Source of the DNA: Promethearchaeia archaeon
Lineage (GTDB): Archaea; Asgardarchaeota; Lokiarchaeia; Sigyniarchaeales; SOKP01
Length of the DNA stretch: 32,000 bases
Reading direction: 5' to 3'
Assembly (NCBI GenBank): GCA_046497275.1
Contig: JAWOFX010000176.1
Span: forward strand, 1 to 32,000
Positions 1 to 9,615 of the stretch are shown here, in pieces. The notes under the pieces were generated by a model. The model worked only from the letters and a program-made list of their open reading frames with translations. It was not told where the DNA came from and did no database searches. Position numbers and translations under genes: made by a program. The number at the start of each line of letters is the position of its first letter. Positions within the stretch are counted from its first letter, which is position 1.

Positions 1-204
1 TTTATTATTTATTTAGTTTTTGAATAACTATTTGAAAATGCATTTAGGTTATATAAATAGTTTTATCTTAATAATTCCACGGTTAACTCAAGATAAGTTT
101 TACCTTCTTATACAGTCAATAAAAATATTTAAATATTAAAAAATCAAAAATATAGATTACAGATTTGTAAGATCTGTGAAATCTAAATATATATAGAAAA
201 GTGA

Positions 205-1659
205 ATGTGTATTGTTATGAAAAGTAAAACTAAAATAACAGTGATTTTAAGTCTTGTAATGATAATGGGACTTACTCCTTTGACGTTCATTAAATTCGGT
301 TCGGCGATAGAAGATGATATTCTGGCCAAGGCGTATATTCAAGATCTCGGAAATGGCAAAGAGCTTATGCACCTTGAAGGGACTCCATATGAAATGGGAT
401 ATCAACAAGGATATTTAGATCCAATAAGCGTCACAAAATTAGCGAGTCAAGATTGGTTCGAAGCAGTTATAATGAATCTCTTGGATGCTCCGGATTGGAT
501 TTTGTCAATAATTCTAGGAGATATTATGGACTATGGTCGCTTACAAGACGTTGTTGGAAGCGTGATTGATGATGTGTCCCTTCAACAACTTGCTGCCTCC
601 TCGGGTGATACTATCCACGATATGCTAGAAAAAATGATGGATTTATGTACATTACTCGCATGGGAAAATCTTCAATATGTTCCTATTGAATATATTGATG
701 AGATGTGGGGTGTCTACGATGGCGTGATTGATGCAGGTTATTACGTTCCATTTGATGATATATTGCTTTTAAATATGGGTATGGATGCAATGTTAGCATT
801 AGCATATCCCGTTGTTGAGCCTTGGCTCTTCTGGATGGATTTATTTGCCTTCCTTTCATGCAGCGGTTTTATTGCTGAGGATGATGCAACTGTGGGAGGT
901 CACACCATCATGGGTCGTCATTGGCAATTTACCAGTTATTTAATCAACGAAGAAATGATGTTTATGGAATTTGTCCCTGCTAATGGGTACTCATTCTTGA
1001 GTACATCTGCACCAGGATTCATAGGAGTTACTTCTGCGATGAATGACCAAGGTTTAGGTATCGGAAATGATATGGTTCCCGCACAAGATTGCAATCCTGC
1101 ACGTTTTGGTATGGGAACGCTTCTTACTGCCCGGCATGTAATGCAATATAAATCTCAATTGAGTGAAGCAATTAGTTATATTCAAAATTCTATAAGAGGT
1201 GTATCCTGGATCTATGGTATTGGAGATGGGCGTAATGGAGAGACTGGAGGAGTAGCACTAGAAACCTCAGAACATTATTGTTCTGTCCGTTCAATGAGTT
1301 ATGAACATCCTTGGTGGGCAATATTCTCACACAATCAAATCGAGCACAAAAACGATTTAATCACATATGCAAATCATTATATTTATCGCAGAATGAATGA
1401 TTGGGCAGATGCAACAGCTATCGATGATTCAAAAGATAGATATAGTTGGTTAACTAATGAAGCCTTAGATGTATATGGCTCTATAGATCTTGAGGTAGGG
1501 GCTGAATTAATGGATTATTTGCATCCTCCCAATTACAATTACTATGATGACCCAAATGGTCCAGTTGGAGTAGCCGTTACTTGTTGGGATCTAACCGCAT
1601 TACAAGCAAAAAGTCTTTTTGGTTATTATAACGATGCATGGGTTTATGCTTCATTATAA
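205..1659 (+). CDS. Secreted Ntn-hydrolase, C45 / acid ceramidase-NAAA-like family
   Basis: N-terminal signal/anchor (KITVILSLVMIMGLTPLTFI); alpha-chain motif LEGTPYEMGYQQG; predicted autocleavage nucleophile Cys219 (LS|CSGF, nt 859-861) followed by GRHWQF; SAMNDQGL, ANHY and SKDRY motifs. Alternative start ATG 217. Confidence 0.85.
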   Translation: MCIVMKSKTKITVILSLVMIMGLTPLTFIKFGSAIEDDILAKAYIQDLGNGKELMHLEGTPYEMGYQQGYLDPISVTKLASQDWFEAVIMNLLDAPDWILSIILGDIMDYGRLQDVVGSVIDDVSLQQLAASSGDTIHDMLEKMMDLCTLLAWENLQYVPIEYIDEMWGVYDGVIDAGYYVPFDDILLLNMGMDAMLALAYPVVEPWLFWMDLFAFLSCSGFIAEDDATVGGHTIMGRHWQFTSYLINEEMMFMEFVPANGYSFLSTSAPGFIGVTSAMNDQGLGIGNDMVPAQDCNPARFGMGTLLTARHVMQYKSQLSEAISYIQNSIRGVSWIYGIGDGRNGETGGVALETSEHYCSVRSMSYEHPWWAIFSHNQIEHKNDLITYANHYIYRRMNDWADATAIDDSKDRYSWLTNEALDVYGSIDLEVGAELMDYLHPPNYNYYDDPNGPVGVAVTCWDLTALQAKSLFGYYNDAWVYASL

Positions 1660-1686
1660 CTGCATGTATTGTTTTAATACACCATA

Positions 1687-1698
1687 TTTTTTTTTTTT
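1687..1698 (+). terminator. Oligo-T (T12) archaeal-type terminator after the C45 gene
   Basis: Run of 12 T, 27 nt after the stop codon, in a convergent intergenic region. Confidence 0.55.
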
Positions 1699-1773
1699 AA
1701 TTTCAAGGATTAGATTTTTAATTTCATTGCTTTTAATCAATCCATAAAAAATTTTAATAGAAACGAGCAAGTC

Positions 1774-2289
1774 TTATTCCTCAATATAAAATTCCCATGC
1801 GCAATAATACTCTTCGGGATGCTCATCTGGAGGGCAGCAGATACACTTTGTTTTTATTCTTGGATCAATAGTTTTCGCAAAAAAACCGTATTCTACTAAT
1901 CCAACTGGTTTGCAAGGAAAATCAGGTAAATTTCTTTGTTTTCGAGCATATTGAACCCGACAATTATTCATTCGATAGGTGCATCTTTTTTCAGACACTT
2001 TTACAAATTCCCATTCATTTATATTGGCATACACCCTAAATTTTAAAGCTTTTATAAGAGCCGGAATGCCTCCTTTCTCTTTAATATTAAAACGCTCCAT
2101 AATTCGTTTTGCTTCTATTACAGTGAAACGTTTCCATTGGGCGACATCGATCTCTATTGCTTTTTCTAAACCGTACTCTTTTTCAACTTGCTGAAACCAG
2201 GTTCCATCAATGGCGAGCCAATTTTTCGATATATCTTCAATATAATCAATCAATTCTTCTTTAGTGAGCTTTAACAATTCCTTATTCAT
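1774..2289 (-). CDS. DUF6125 family protein (Cys-containing, V4R/H-NOX-like small-ligand-binding fold likely)
   Basis: WLAIDGTWF, CRVQYARK, FPCKPVG and CICCPPD...CAWEF motifs. Start moved from 2430 to ATG 2289 (MNKELL, 171 aa) because the longer N-terminus is AT-rich low-complexity sequence. Confidence 0.75.
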   Translation of the reverse strand: MNKELLKLTKEELIDYIEDISKNWLAIDGTWFQQVEKEYGLEKAIEIDVAQWKRFTVIEAKRIMERFNIKEKGGIPALIKALKFRVYANINEWEFVKVSEKRCTYRMNNCRVQYARKQRNLPDFPCKPVGLVEYGFFAKTIDPRIKTKCICCPPDEHPEEYYCAWEFYIEE

Positions 2290-2507
2290 AAAAACAACAA
2301 ATATTTTTTTTAGTTGTATGAATAAATGATTAATCAATAAATTAATTTTAAGAAAATAAGAGACTTTAACCAATGATTCAATTAAAAAATCCTTAAGCTT
2401 TGTATTATTTTTTATAAAGAAACTAGCCAAAGTTTTAGATTTTATTAAATTGATTCACAATATGTAAAAGAAGTTGTTTTTTTAATATAGAACTTCAAGT
2501 ATTGGTT

Positions 2508-3365
2508 TTAAAGTTCCAGATTCTGACCCTTAATATCATCTGAGTGGTCAAAGTTTTCAATTAAAACAGGAGTTCTCATATCGATCTTGTAATCTTGACA
2601 AGCATAAAAAACTGCTTTCTTCATTTGGAAATCAAATTTAGGAATAACTTTACTGTTATTTATAAAAACATTCAACCTATATTGAACGGCATTATCCAGA
2701 AACTCAAAAACATCCACTCGTGGTTGAGGAAATTTAAGCACATTCGAAAATCGTTCAGCTGTTTCTAATAATGCTTTTTCAACTAATCTAGGATCAACAT
2801 TATAGCCCGCAGTCATAAGAACTTCTCGTCTTAAAATTTTATGTTTCCCAAAATTTTGGATCTCTGTTTTTAAAAGTTTTTGATTAGGAATAGAAATCTT
2901 AACACCATTAATTTCTTCTAAAATGGTATAAATCAGTTTGATATCAACTACATCAGCAATTTTTCCTAAAAAGAAAATTCTATCTCCCACTCTAAACGGT
3001 TTACTCATAATAATTATTATTCCCGCAATTAAATTCCCAAGTGTATTCATCGATGCGAATCCTATGACCGTACCTGCAGAAATAGTGGCAAGACCCGCAA
3101 ATACACTTAGAGTATCAGCGAATTGAATCAATAGTATCGCTAGAACAATTATAAAGATGATTAATTTCAACAATCTTAAAATATTCTTCCCTGTTGATTC
3201 ATGTATTCGTTCTTTTCTTTGTAATCGTGATATTTCTCTCTTAATTAAAAAATAAATAAAATAAGCAATTATAATCGTTAAACCAGACATAATTAAAGTC
3301 CAGATGTTTTCCCAAAACCAATCTGAAATCCCTTCAAATATTTCTAATATTTGTATTTTTATCAA
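2508..3365 (-). CDS. mscS: Small-conductance mechanosensitive channel MscS family
   Basis: Three N-terminal TM segments; GFASMNTLGNLIAG...KPFRVGDRI motif; ISIPNQKL and cytoplasmic alpha/beta domain; TTG start. Confidence 0.9.
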   Translation of the reverse strand: MIKIQILEIFEGISDWFWENIWTLIMSGLTIIIAYFIYFLIKREISRLQRKERIHESTGKNILRLLKLIIFIIVLAILLIQFADTLSVFAGLATISAGTVIGFASMNTLGNLIAGIIIIMSKPFRVGDRIFFLGKIADVVDIKLIYTILEEINGVKISIPNQKLLKTEIQNFGKHKILRREVLMTAGYNVDPRLVEKALLETAERFSNVLKFPQPRVDVFEFLDNAVQYRLNVFINNSKVIPKFDFQMKKAVFYACQDYKIDMRTPVLIENFDHSDDIKGQNLEL

Positions 3366-3506
3366 CTCGTTAAATATTAAGTTATTATAGATTTGAACCT
3401 TTTATAATTATCATTAATCATTTCTTAACAAAGCAAGGTAAATGATTCTCGCTTAATATTAAAATTTTTTTTTTTAATATTAATTGCATTTTCCTTTAGA
3501 ACGAGT

Positions 3507-3515
3507 AAAAAAAAA
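3507..3515 (-). terminator. Putative oligo-T terminator of the lysine cluster (A9 on + strand)
   Basis: T9 on the minus strand about 100 nt after the kamE stop and before mscS. Confidence 0.35.
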
Positions 3516-3612
3516 TCATATCACTAAAATTTAAAGAAAAGTGTGTAAATGTAAAATTTAATCAATGTTTTTTTAATTTTGAACTTTCTATGTTTAAATT
3601 ATAAAAAGTCTG

Positions 3613-4419
3613 TTAACTCTTACTATGATTTAGTTTTCTTTTGCATAATTCTTTTACAAAATATGTAGCAACCATCTCAGGAGTGGTTCCTGAGCCAAAG
3701 CCTGCATCATATCCTAATTCTTTTGCTAATTTATTTTCAATTCTTGCTCCACCGCAAATCAATATAATTCTATCTCTTAGACCCTCCGCCTCTAATAAAT
3801 CAACTAAATTGGTTAAGTTTTCCACATGAATATTTTTTTCAGTTACCGTTTGAGAAACTAAGAGCACATCAGTATTTAGTTCTATAGCTTTTGCCGCAAA
3901 TTTTTCATTGGAAACTTGGGCTCCCATATTATATGCTTCAATCATCTCATATCGTTCCAAACCATAATGGCCGGCATATCCTTTCATATTCATGATCGCA
4001 TCAATACCAACTGTATGAGCATCCGTTCCAGTAGATGCCCCTAAAACAATTATTTTTCTTCCTAAATGATTCTTGATATATTCATTAATTTCTTTGAAGG
4101 ACATTACATCTGAATCAATAGAATCTATTTTAATCTTAGTATAATTAATAAAATGGTCAACTTCCCCATAAATAATAAAGAAAGTAAATCCTTTATCTAG
4201 TTTCTTATGATATGTAATCAGTGGATCTTGTATTCCCATTTTTATAGCTAAGATCTTAGCTGCTTCTAACGCTTTAACATCTTCTTGGAGTGGAAGAGTA
4301 AAACTAATTTGAACTTTTCCATCATTCATAATATCTCCATAAGGTTTAACCCTCGTTAAATCCAAATTTGCCCTTAGATCTTTATTTTCTTTTAAATTAA
4401 AATTATTAGCCATATTCAT
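3613..4419 (-). CDS. kamE: D-lysine/beta-lysine 5,6-aminomutase beta subunit (AdoCbl-binding)
   Basis: VKPYGD..NDGKVQISFTLP dimerisation domain; DAHTVG base-off B12 motif; MNMKGYAGHYGLE containing the PLP-binding Lys; ATGA overlap with kamD. Confidence 0.97.
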   Translation of the reverse strand: MNMANNFNLKENKDLRANLDLTRVKPYGDIMNDGKVQISFTLPLQEDVKALEAAKILAIKMGIQDPLITYHKKLDKGFTFFIIYGEVDHFINYTKIKIDSIDSDVMSFKEINEYIKNHLGRKIIVLGASTGTDAHTVGIDAIMNMKGYAGHYGLERYEMIEAYNMGAQVSNEKFAAKAIELNTDVLLVSQTVTEKNIHVENLTNLVDLLEAEGLRDRIILICGGARIENKLAKELGYDAGFGSGTTPEMVATYFVKELCKRKLNHSKS

Positions 4420-6002
4420 CCCTCATTAAACAATTCTCTTTTCATTAAATCTATAAATGGATTATAATAATTGGGATCTTTCTTAATTATTCCTTCAAAA
4501 CCTTTTCCTCCCTCTAATTTTCTGCTAATCCCAGCAAAAATTCCATTTTCAATTGTTCTGAAAATACCGATTTTTTCAATTTTTTCTAATAATTCAAAAG
4601 CTCCATATAAAACATTCTCTGCCCTCTTTTGAATAATACCATCCTCCTTAAATGATATCTCTTCTCCAAATGACTTCATGTTATTGAAGATATACTGAGC
4701 ATTTTCAATTGATAATGCTCTATCAGAAAGAAAAGGCGTATGTATCGCTTCGGTTAGCATGCCAAGTAAATGGATTTTTTGATGGGTTAAAATTGTAATC
4801 ATATTGAAAAGGGCATCTTGGATATGTGCTTTATAAATATTACCTGTTTTGAACTTTGTAGGAGGCATATATTTAAGTGGGGCATTTGGAAAGATTTCTC
4901 TTGACATTTGAGCTTGTGCTAGTTCATATAGAAACCCATTTTCAATAGCTGGATCCATTTCAAAAGCATGTCCTAATCCCATCTGTTTTTCTTTCAAACC
5001 TGCAAGAAGAGCAAATTGTTCATTAATAAATTGAGATGCTAATACTGTATGAGCATTTTCAAATGCATCAGAAGTTTTTAAATAGTTATCCTCTCCAGTA
5101 TTTATAATGATTCCAGCATAAGCATTTAACATACGGGAAAAATGTTGATCAATTAAGGTTCTTTTCATATTAATATCTCGGAATAATATTCCGTATAAAG
5201 CATCATTAAGCATAACATCTAATCGTTCAAGTGCTCCTATTGCCGCAATTTCAGGCATACATAATCCAGAACAATAATTAGTCAATCTAATATATCTTCC
5301 AATCTCTTCGCTAACCTCATCGAGAGCAGTTCTCATTAATCGAAAATTTTCCTGAGTTGCATAAGTTCCACCGAAACCTTCGGTAGTTGGACCATAAGGA
5401 ACGTAATCCAAAAGACTTTGAGCTGTAGATCTAATTACTGCAATTATATCTGCTCCTTGTCTTGCAGCAGCTTGTGCTTGAACTATATCCTCATAAATGT
5501 TTCCAGTAGCTACAATCACATATAAATATGGTCCTTGTTTTTCTCCATATCTATGAATTAATTTATTCCGTTTTTTTTTATTATTCTTGATGATTCTTAA
5601 TGTTTCTTTTGCTTTTTCCTCAACCACTTGTTTTATATCATTTATATTTTCGAATGGTAATTTAGTTATATTTAGTTCATTTTCAGAAATACGTTGTGCG
5701 ATTTCTTGAAATGTGATGTTTTTTTGTATGACAGCATTTCCTAAGAATAAAGCTACTCCCTGACCTAAGTCTGAATTTTTTTTAATATGATCTACAATTA
5801 TGTTTGATAAAGGGATATCATATTTATCTACTCCATCTATACCGAGTAATCTACAAATCGTTCTTTCAATCGTAGTAGTTGTATATTTATTTATTTTTTT
5901 CTGAGTATTTAGTGCTATATTTTTTGCTAAATTTCTAGCCCTATCTACTAAGGCGAAGTCTAAATTTAATTTACTTCTTCTGAATTTATTCTCTCTATCC
6001 AT
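4416..6002 (-). CDS. kamD: D-lysine/beta-lysine 5,6-aminomutase alpha subunit
   Basis: TTTTIERTICRLLGIDG, YVIVATGNIYED, IAVIRSTAQSLLDYVP, NYCSGLCMPEIA, GEDNYL and KYMPPTK motifs; 528 aa. Confidence 0.97.
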   Translation of the reverse strand: MDRENKFRRSKLNLDFALVDRARNLAKNIALNTQKKINKYTTTTIERTICRLLGIDGVDKYDIPLSNIIVDHIKKNSDLGQGVALFLGNAVIQKNITFQEIAQRISENELNITKLPFENINDIKQVVEEKAKETLRIIKNNKKKRNKLIHRYGEKQGPYLYVIVATGNIYEDIVQAQAAARQGADIIAVIRSTAQSLLDYVPYGPTTEGFGGTYATQENFRLMRTALDEVSEEIGRYIRLTNYCSGLCMPEIAAIGALERLDVMLNDALYGILFRDINMKRTLIDQHFSRMLNAYAGIIINTGEDNYLKTSDAFENAHTVLASQFINEQFALLAGLKEKQMGLGHAFEMDPAIENGFLYELAQAQMSREIFPNAPLKYMPPTKFKTGNIYKAHIQDALFNMITILTHQKIHLLGMLTEAIHTPFLSDRALSIENAQYIFNNMKSFGEEISFKEDGIIQKRAENVLYGAFELLEKIEKIGIFRTIENGIFAGISRKLEGGKGFEGIIKKDPNYYNPFIDLMKRELFNEG

Positions 6003-6046
6003 AATATATTCAATTCATTTTTTATTATTCTACTAATTAAGCTATT

Positions 6047-7081
6047 TTATTGAATCCCTATATCAAATACAGGTATTTTGGTTTTCAATTTTAATTTTTT
6101 CATAAATTTAGAGCTCTCAAACCTATATCCGTAAGGTGATGTTGGATTTATGGCTATTGCTATTAAATTAATAGCTTTCATAACTTTTATTTCATTTCTT
6201 GTCTGTAGGAAATTTGAAAAAACGTTCCTTTCTACAAATAACTTTGTTGCATCTTCTATTATAATGGTAATATTCTTTTTATATCTGTGTTCTTTTATTA
6301 GCATTTTTAATAATTTATCTGTTAATGCTCCTCTCACTACTAAATAATTAGTATCTTCATTTATTCTGTCTAAGATTTGCTTTTCATGTCCTAGTAAGGT
6401 TGATATATTTAGGTAAATTGTTTTATAAGAATTGTCTATAAACCCTACTTTTGATTTCTTGAAAATATCTTTCGTAAGTTCTCTTATTTTTATGCTCTCC
6501 TCTCTGGGAAGTGTTAGAATGTTAACGGTATGTATGGTTTTATCTATGACAACCTCCATTTTCTCCGATACAGATGCACCCGTAGAAAGGATAACATAAT
6601 CGGAAATCAGAGGTGTTGCATATGATTTTCTATCAAAAGCTCCATCAATTAGTATAAGATCACATCCTAATTTCTTAAATTCTCCAATAATAGCAAACAA
6701 TTGATTATTAATCGAAGGACCCGCTAATTCTATGAATCCATCATTGATGGCTTCAACTATTTTTATATATCCTAGAGGGGTATTATAAGGAGAAGTTTTA
6801 ATAGTTCTTACTTTTACTTGACTTGCTTCAATCGTATCCTCGGCTGTAGCTATTATGGTATTCTTTTTTATAAATATAAGTGGTTTAGGTAAATTTGTAA
6901 TAATATCGTAGGGCTCTCCATCTCTTCCTATTGAACTTATTCCCAATTTAGTGTTTTTATTAAGATTTTTAATAATATAATTTAATATTGTGGTTTTCCC
7001 AGAATTTTTTGCTAATCCGACTATTGATATTACTTTACATTTTTTTTTAGTTAAGTCAAAAAAAAATTCCATGAAATCCAT
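6047..7081 (-). CDS. kamB: Lysine 5,6-aminomutase reactivating factor subunit KamB
   Basis: Walker A-like GLAKNSGKTT, SIGRDGE, AGPS, LIDGAFDRK, ILSTGAS, EDATKLF and INPTSPYG; lies directly after kamA. Alternative start 7072. Confidence 0.85.
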   Translation of the reverse strand: MDFMEFFFDLTKKKCKVISIVGLAKNSGKTTILNYIIKNLNKNTKLGISSIGRDGEPYDIITNLPKPLIFIKKNTIIATAEDTIEASQVKVRTIKTSPYNTPLGYIKIVEAINDGFIELAGPSINNQLFAIIGEFKKLGCDLILIDGAFDRKSYATPLISDYVILSTGASVSEKMEVVIDKTIHTVNILTLPREESIKIRELTKDIFKKSKVGFIDNSYKTIYLNISTLLGHEKQILDRINEDTNYLVVRGALTDKLLKMLIKEHRYKKNITIIIEDATKLFVERNVFSNFLQTRNEIKVMKAINLIAIAINPTSPYGYRFESSKFMKKLKLKTKIPVFDIGIQ

Positions 7082-7108
7082 TTCTCAAATAACCACCAAC
7101 TAATTGAT

Positions 7109-8353
7109 TTATTTAGTTAGCTTTTTTCTTCTTAATTTTCTTTTAAGATCTTCAGGTTCTATCGTGAGTTTATCTCCATTGAGTAAACCAGCAACTCCTA
7201 TTAATGGCTCTTTATTTTCATTATCACATTTGGGTTCATAATTTTTTGGTTCTTCATAAGTTGTTATAACACCTTCAAAATTTCTTAATACAACTCTCTG
7301 ATTCCCTTGTGATATTGTGTAATCAGGCATAACAGGAATTTTTCCACCACCACCTGGAGCATCTACTACAAATGTTGGAACACATAATCCAGAGGTATGA
7401 CCTCGTAGCCCTTCAATTATTTCAATTCCTTGAGCAATTGTGGTTCTGAAATGTTCTAAACCCATAGATAAGTCGCATTGATACATATAATAAGGTCTAA
7501 CTCTGATCTTTACTAGTTCATGAACTAATTGCTTCATAATATATGTACAATCATTAACCCCTCTCAAGAGAACTGATTGATTTCCCATAGGAATACCACT
7601 ATCTGCTAACATCTCACAAGCTCGTTTCGATTCCTCAGTTATTTCATTAGGATGATTAAAATGAGTATTAAACCATAATGGATGATATTTTTTAAGTATT
7701 TCACATAATTCGGATGTGATTCTTTGAGGCATAACAACGGGCGTTCTAGAACCTATTCGTATGATCTCTACATGAGAAATTGCTCTTAACCTTTTTAAAA
7801 TTTCTTCCAATTTTTTGTTTGAAATAAGAAGAGCATCACCTCCAGATAATAAAACATCTCTGACGTCTGTTGTTTTTTCAATATATTCTATACAGTTATC
7901 TATTTGCGATTGTGGAGGCGCTTGGTCATGATGGCCCGCGAATCTTCTACGAGTGCAATGACGACAATACATAGAACAATTTTCAGTGACTAAAAATAGA
8001 ACTCTGTCTGGATATCTATGAGTTAATCCTTTAGTTGGTGAGTCTATATCTTCATGAAGAGGATCCTCTAGATCTGCCGGTGATTTATATAATTCCCTAA
8101 TAGAGGGAACAGCTTGTTTACGTATTGGATCATCTGGATCATTAGGATCAATTAAAGAAAGGTAATAAGGTGTTATTGCCATCCTTAATTTTTCCAAACA
8201 TTTTCTAATATCTTGTTCCTCTTTGGCAGATAGAGGTAAATATCTCTTTAATTCTTCTATAGTCGTTATCCTATTTTTAACTTGCCAGTGCCAATCATTC
8301 CAATCTGAATCATTAACATCTTTAAATAACTCATATCTTCTATTTATCTTCAT
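7109..8353 (-). CDS. kamA: Lysine 2,3-aminomutase (radical SAM, PLP)
   Basis: [23 protein letters not shown], CxxxCxxC (CSMYCRHC, C126/C130/C133), LLSGGD, NTHFNHP and PGGGGKIP (PLP Lys). Confidence 0.98.
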   Translation of the reverse strand: MKINRRYELFKDVNDSDWNDWHWQVKNRITTIEELKRYLPLSAKEEQDIRKCLEKLRMAITPYYLSLIDPNDPDDPIRKQAVPSIRELYKSPADLEDPLHEDIDSPTKGLTHRYPDRVLFLVTENCSMYCRHCTRRRFAGHHDQAPPQSQIDNCIEYIEKTTDVRDVLLSGGDALLISNKKLEEILKRLRAISHVEIIRIGSRTPVVMPQRITSELCEILKKYHPLWFNTHFNHPNEITEESKRACEMLADSGIPMGNQSVLLRGVNDCTYIMKQLVHELVKIRVRPYYMYQCDLSMGLEHFRTTIAQGIEIIEGLRGHTSGLCVPTFVVDAPGGGGKIPVMPDYTISQGNQRVVLRNFEGVITTYEEPKNYEPKCDNENKEPLIGVAGLLNGDKLTIEPEDLKRKLRRKKLTK

Positions 8354-8389
8354 ACTTAAACCAATTCTCCATAATTCTTAATATATAAA
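8354..8389 (-). promoter_or_regulatory. Possible internal promoter and RBS of kamA
   Basis: On the minus strand, TTTATATA (8389-8382) about 30 nt before the ATG and GGAGA about 12 nt before the ATG, within a 171-nt kdd-kamA gap. Confidence 0.4.
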
Positions 8390-8524
8390 TTAATTTAAAT
8401 CACTTTAATTAATAAATAAATGAAAGAAAGGATAATATTTCTAATTTCGGTATAGGTTGGGATATTTGTGGGAATTTAAATATGAAAAGATATTTAAATA
8501 TAGGAAAAAGTAAATCACATCTGA

Positions 8525-9562
8525 TCAGGTATATCTTTCTTTAAGGATCTGATATAATTTTTCATTTTCTCTAACTAGATCTAATGCAATATTAGCATGA
8601 TTTTTTGTATAGCCATTTCCTATAATCATATTGACATCTTTTCCAACTCCTTCTGCTCCTAAAGCAGCTTTGGTAAAACTCGTAGCCATAGAAAAGAAAT
8701 ATACAATACCCCCGTCTTTTGCGGGTAGGATAGTTGACATCTCTGTATTAGGGATGCTAAGACAATTAATTGATTTATCCACCTCTTCTCCATTGTTAAC
8801 TCTCAATGTTTTTTCTAAAACATCAATAGGATTTAATACTTCTGCAATTATTACTTCATCACAGAAATTCGTACTTCTTAAAAAATCTGCTCTTTCTTTA
8901 TTTCTTGCTTCACCAATGACTAATCCTTCTTCCCCGACTAATTTTTTTGCCATACAACAACACATTAAGCCAGATTTACCAGTTGCGCCTAATATTAGTA
9001 CTCTATCATTTTTTTTGACTAATTTTTTAATTTGTGCTGGAGCACCAGCGACATCGAATATTGCTAAAGCTAAAGTTTCATTAAAATCCGCAGGTAATTT
9101 TGCATAAATTCCACATTCAAATAAAATTGCTTTTCCTCTAATTTTGACTCTCTCGATTTCTGGTTCAATTTTTATAATCTCCTTTATTTTAAGAGGAGTA
9201 AGAGAAAGTGATACCAATGTCGCAATCTTATCTCCAATTTTTAAATCTCTCGTATTTTTAAGATCTCTACCAATATCTTCAATTGTCCCAATAAGCATTC
9301 CTCCAGAACCTGTAACTGGATTTTGCATCTTCCCTCGTTCTTCCACAATTTCCATAATTCTAGTTTTAACTTTTTCTAAATCATTTTTTGACTCTTTCAT
9401 TAATTGAGTAAAAGAGGCAGAGTCAATATTTAAATAATCCACATCAATTAAGATCTCATTATCATAAAGTTCCATCTTATTAGATATTTTATCTGCTGCT
9501 TGAGGTAAAGTTCCTTCTGGTTCAATTACTCGATGAGACCCATACTTGTTTTCTTTCAACAT
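8525..9562 (-). CDS. kdd: L-erythro-3,5-diaminohexanoate dehydrogenase
   Basis: KYGSHRVIEP.GTLPQAA, LNIDSASFTQL, GKMQNPVTGSGGMLIG, TLVSLSLTPL, ILGATGKSG (NAD binding) and FFSMATSFTKAALGAEG. Confidence 0.97.
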   Translation of the reverse strand: MLKENKYGSHRVIEPEGTLPQAADKISNKMELYDNEILIDVDYLNIDSASFTQLMKESKNDLEKVKTRIMEIVEERGKMQNPVTGSGGMLIGTIEDIGRDLKNTRDLKIGDKIATLVSLSLTPLKIKEIIKIEPEIERVKIRGKAILFECGIYAKLPADFNETLALAIFDVAGAPAQIKKLVKKNDRVLILGATGKSGLMCCCMAKKLVGEEGLVIGEARNKERADFLRSTNFCDEVIIAEVLNPIDVLEKTLRVNNGEEVDKSINCLSIPNTEMSTILPAKDGGIVYFFSMATSFTKAALGAEGVGKDVNMIIGNGYTKNHANIALDLVRENEKLYQILKERYT

Positions 9563-9615
9563 TTTTTTTAATTATTATTAATCAATGAATTAATTATGAA
9601 TTTATGATTAAATAT

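Noticed and set aside
205-1659. Slightly higher GC in the C45 gene (and SDR copy 2) as a sign of recent transfer
   Set aside because: The difference is modest in spot counts, explained by Gly/Ala/Met-rich composition; no flanking repeats or mobility genes.
2290-2430. 47-aa N-terminal extension of the DUF6125 ORF
   Set aside because: Low-complexity AT-rich sequence; family-like sequence starts at ATG 2289.
8500-8527. Selenocysteine read-through of TGA stops (kdd, kal, kamD)
   Set aside because: The proteins already have full family length at the TGA; kamD's TGA is a coupling overlap; no SECIS-like element identified.
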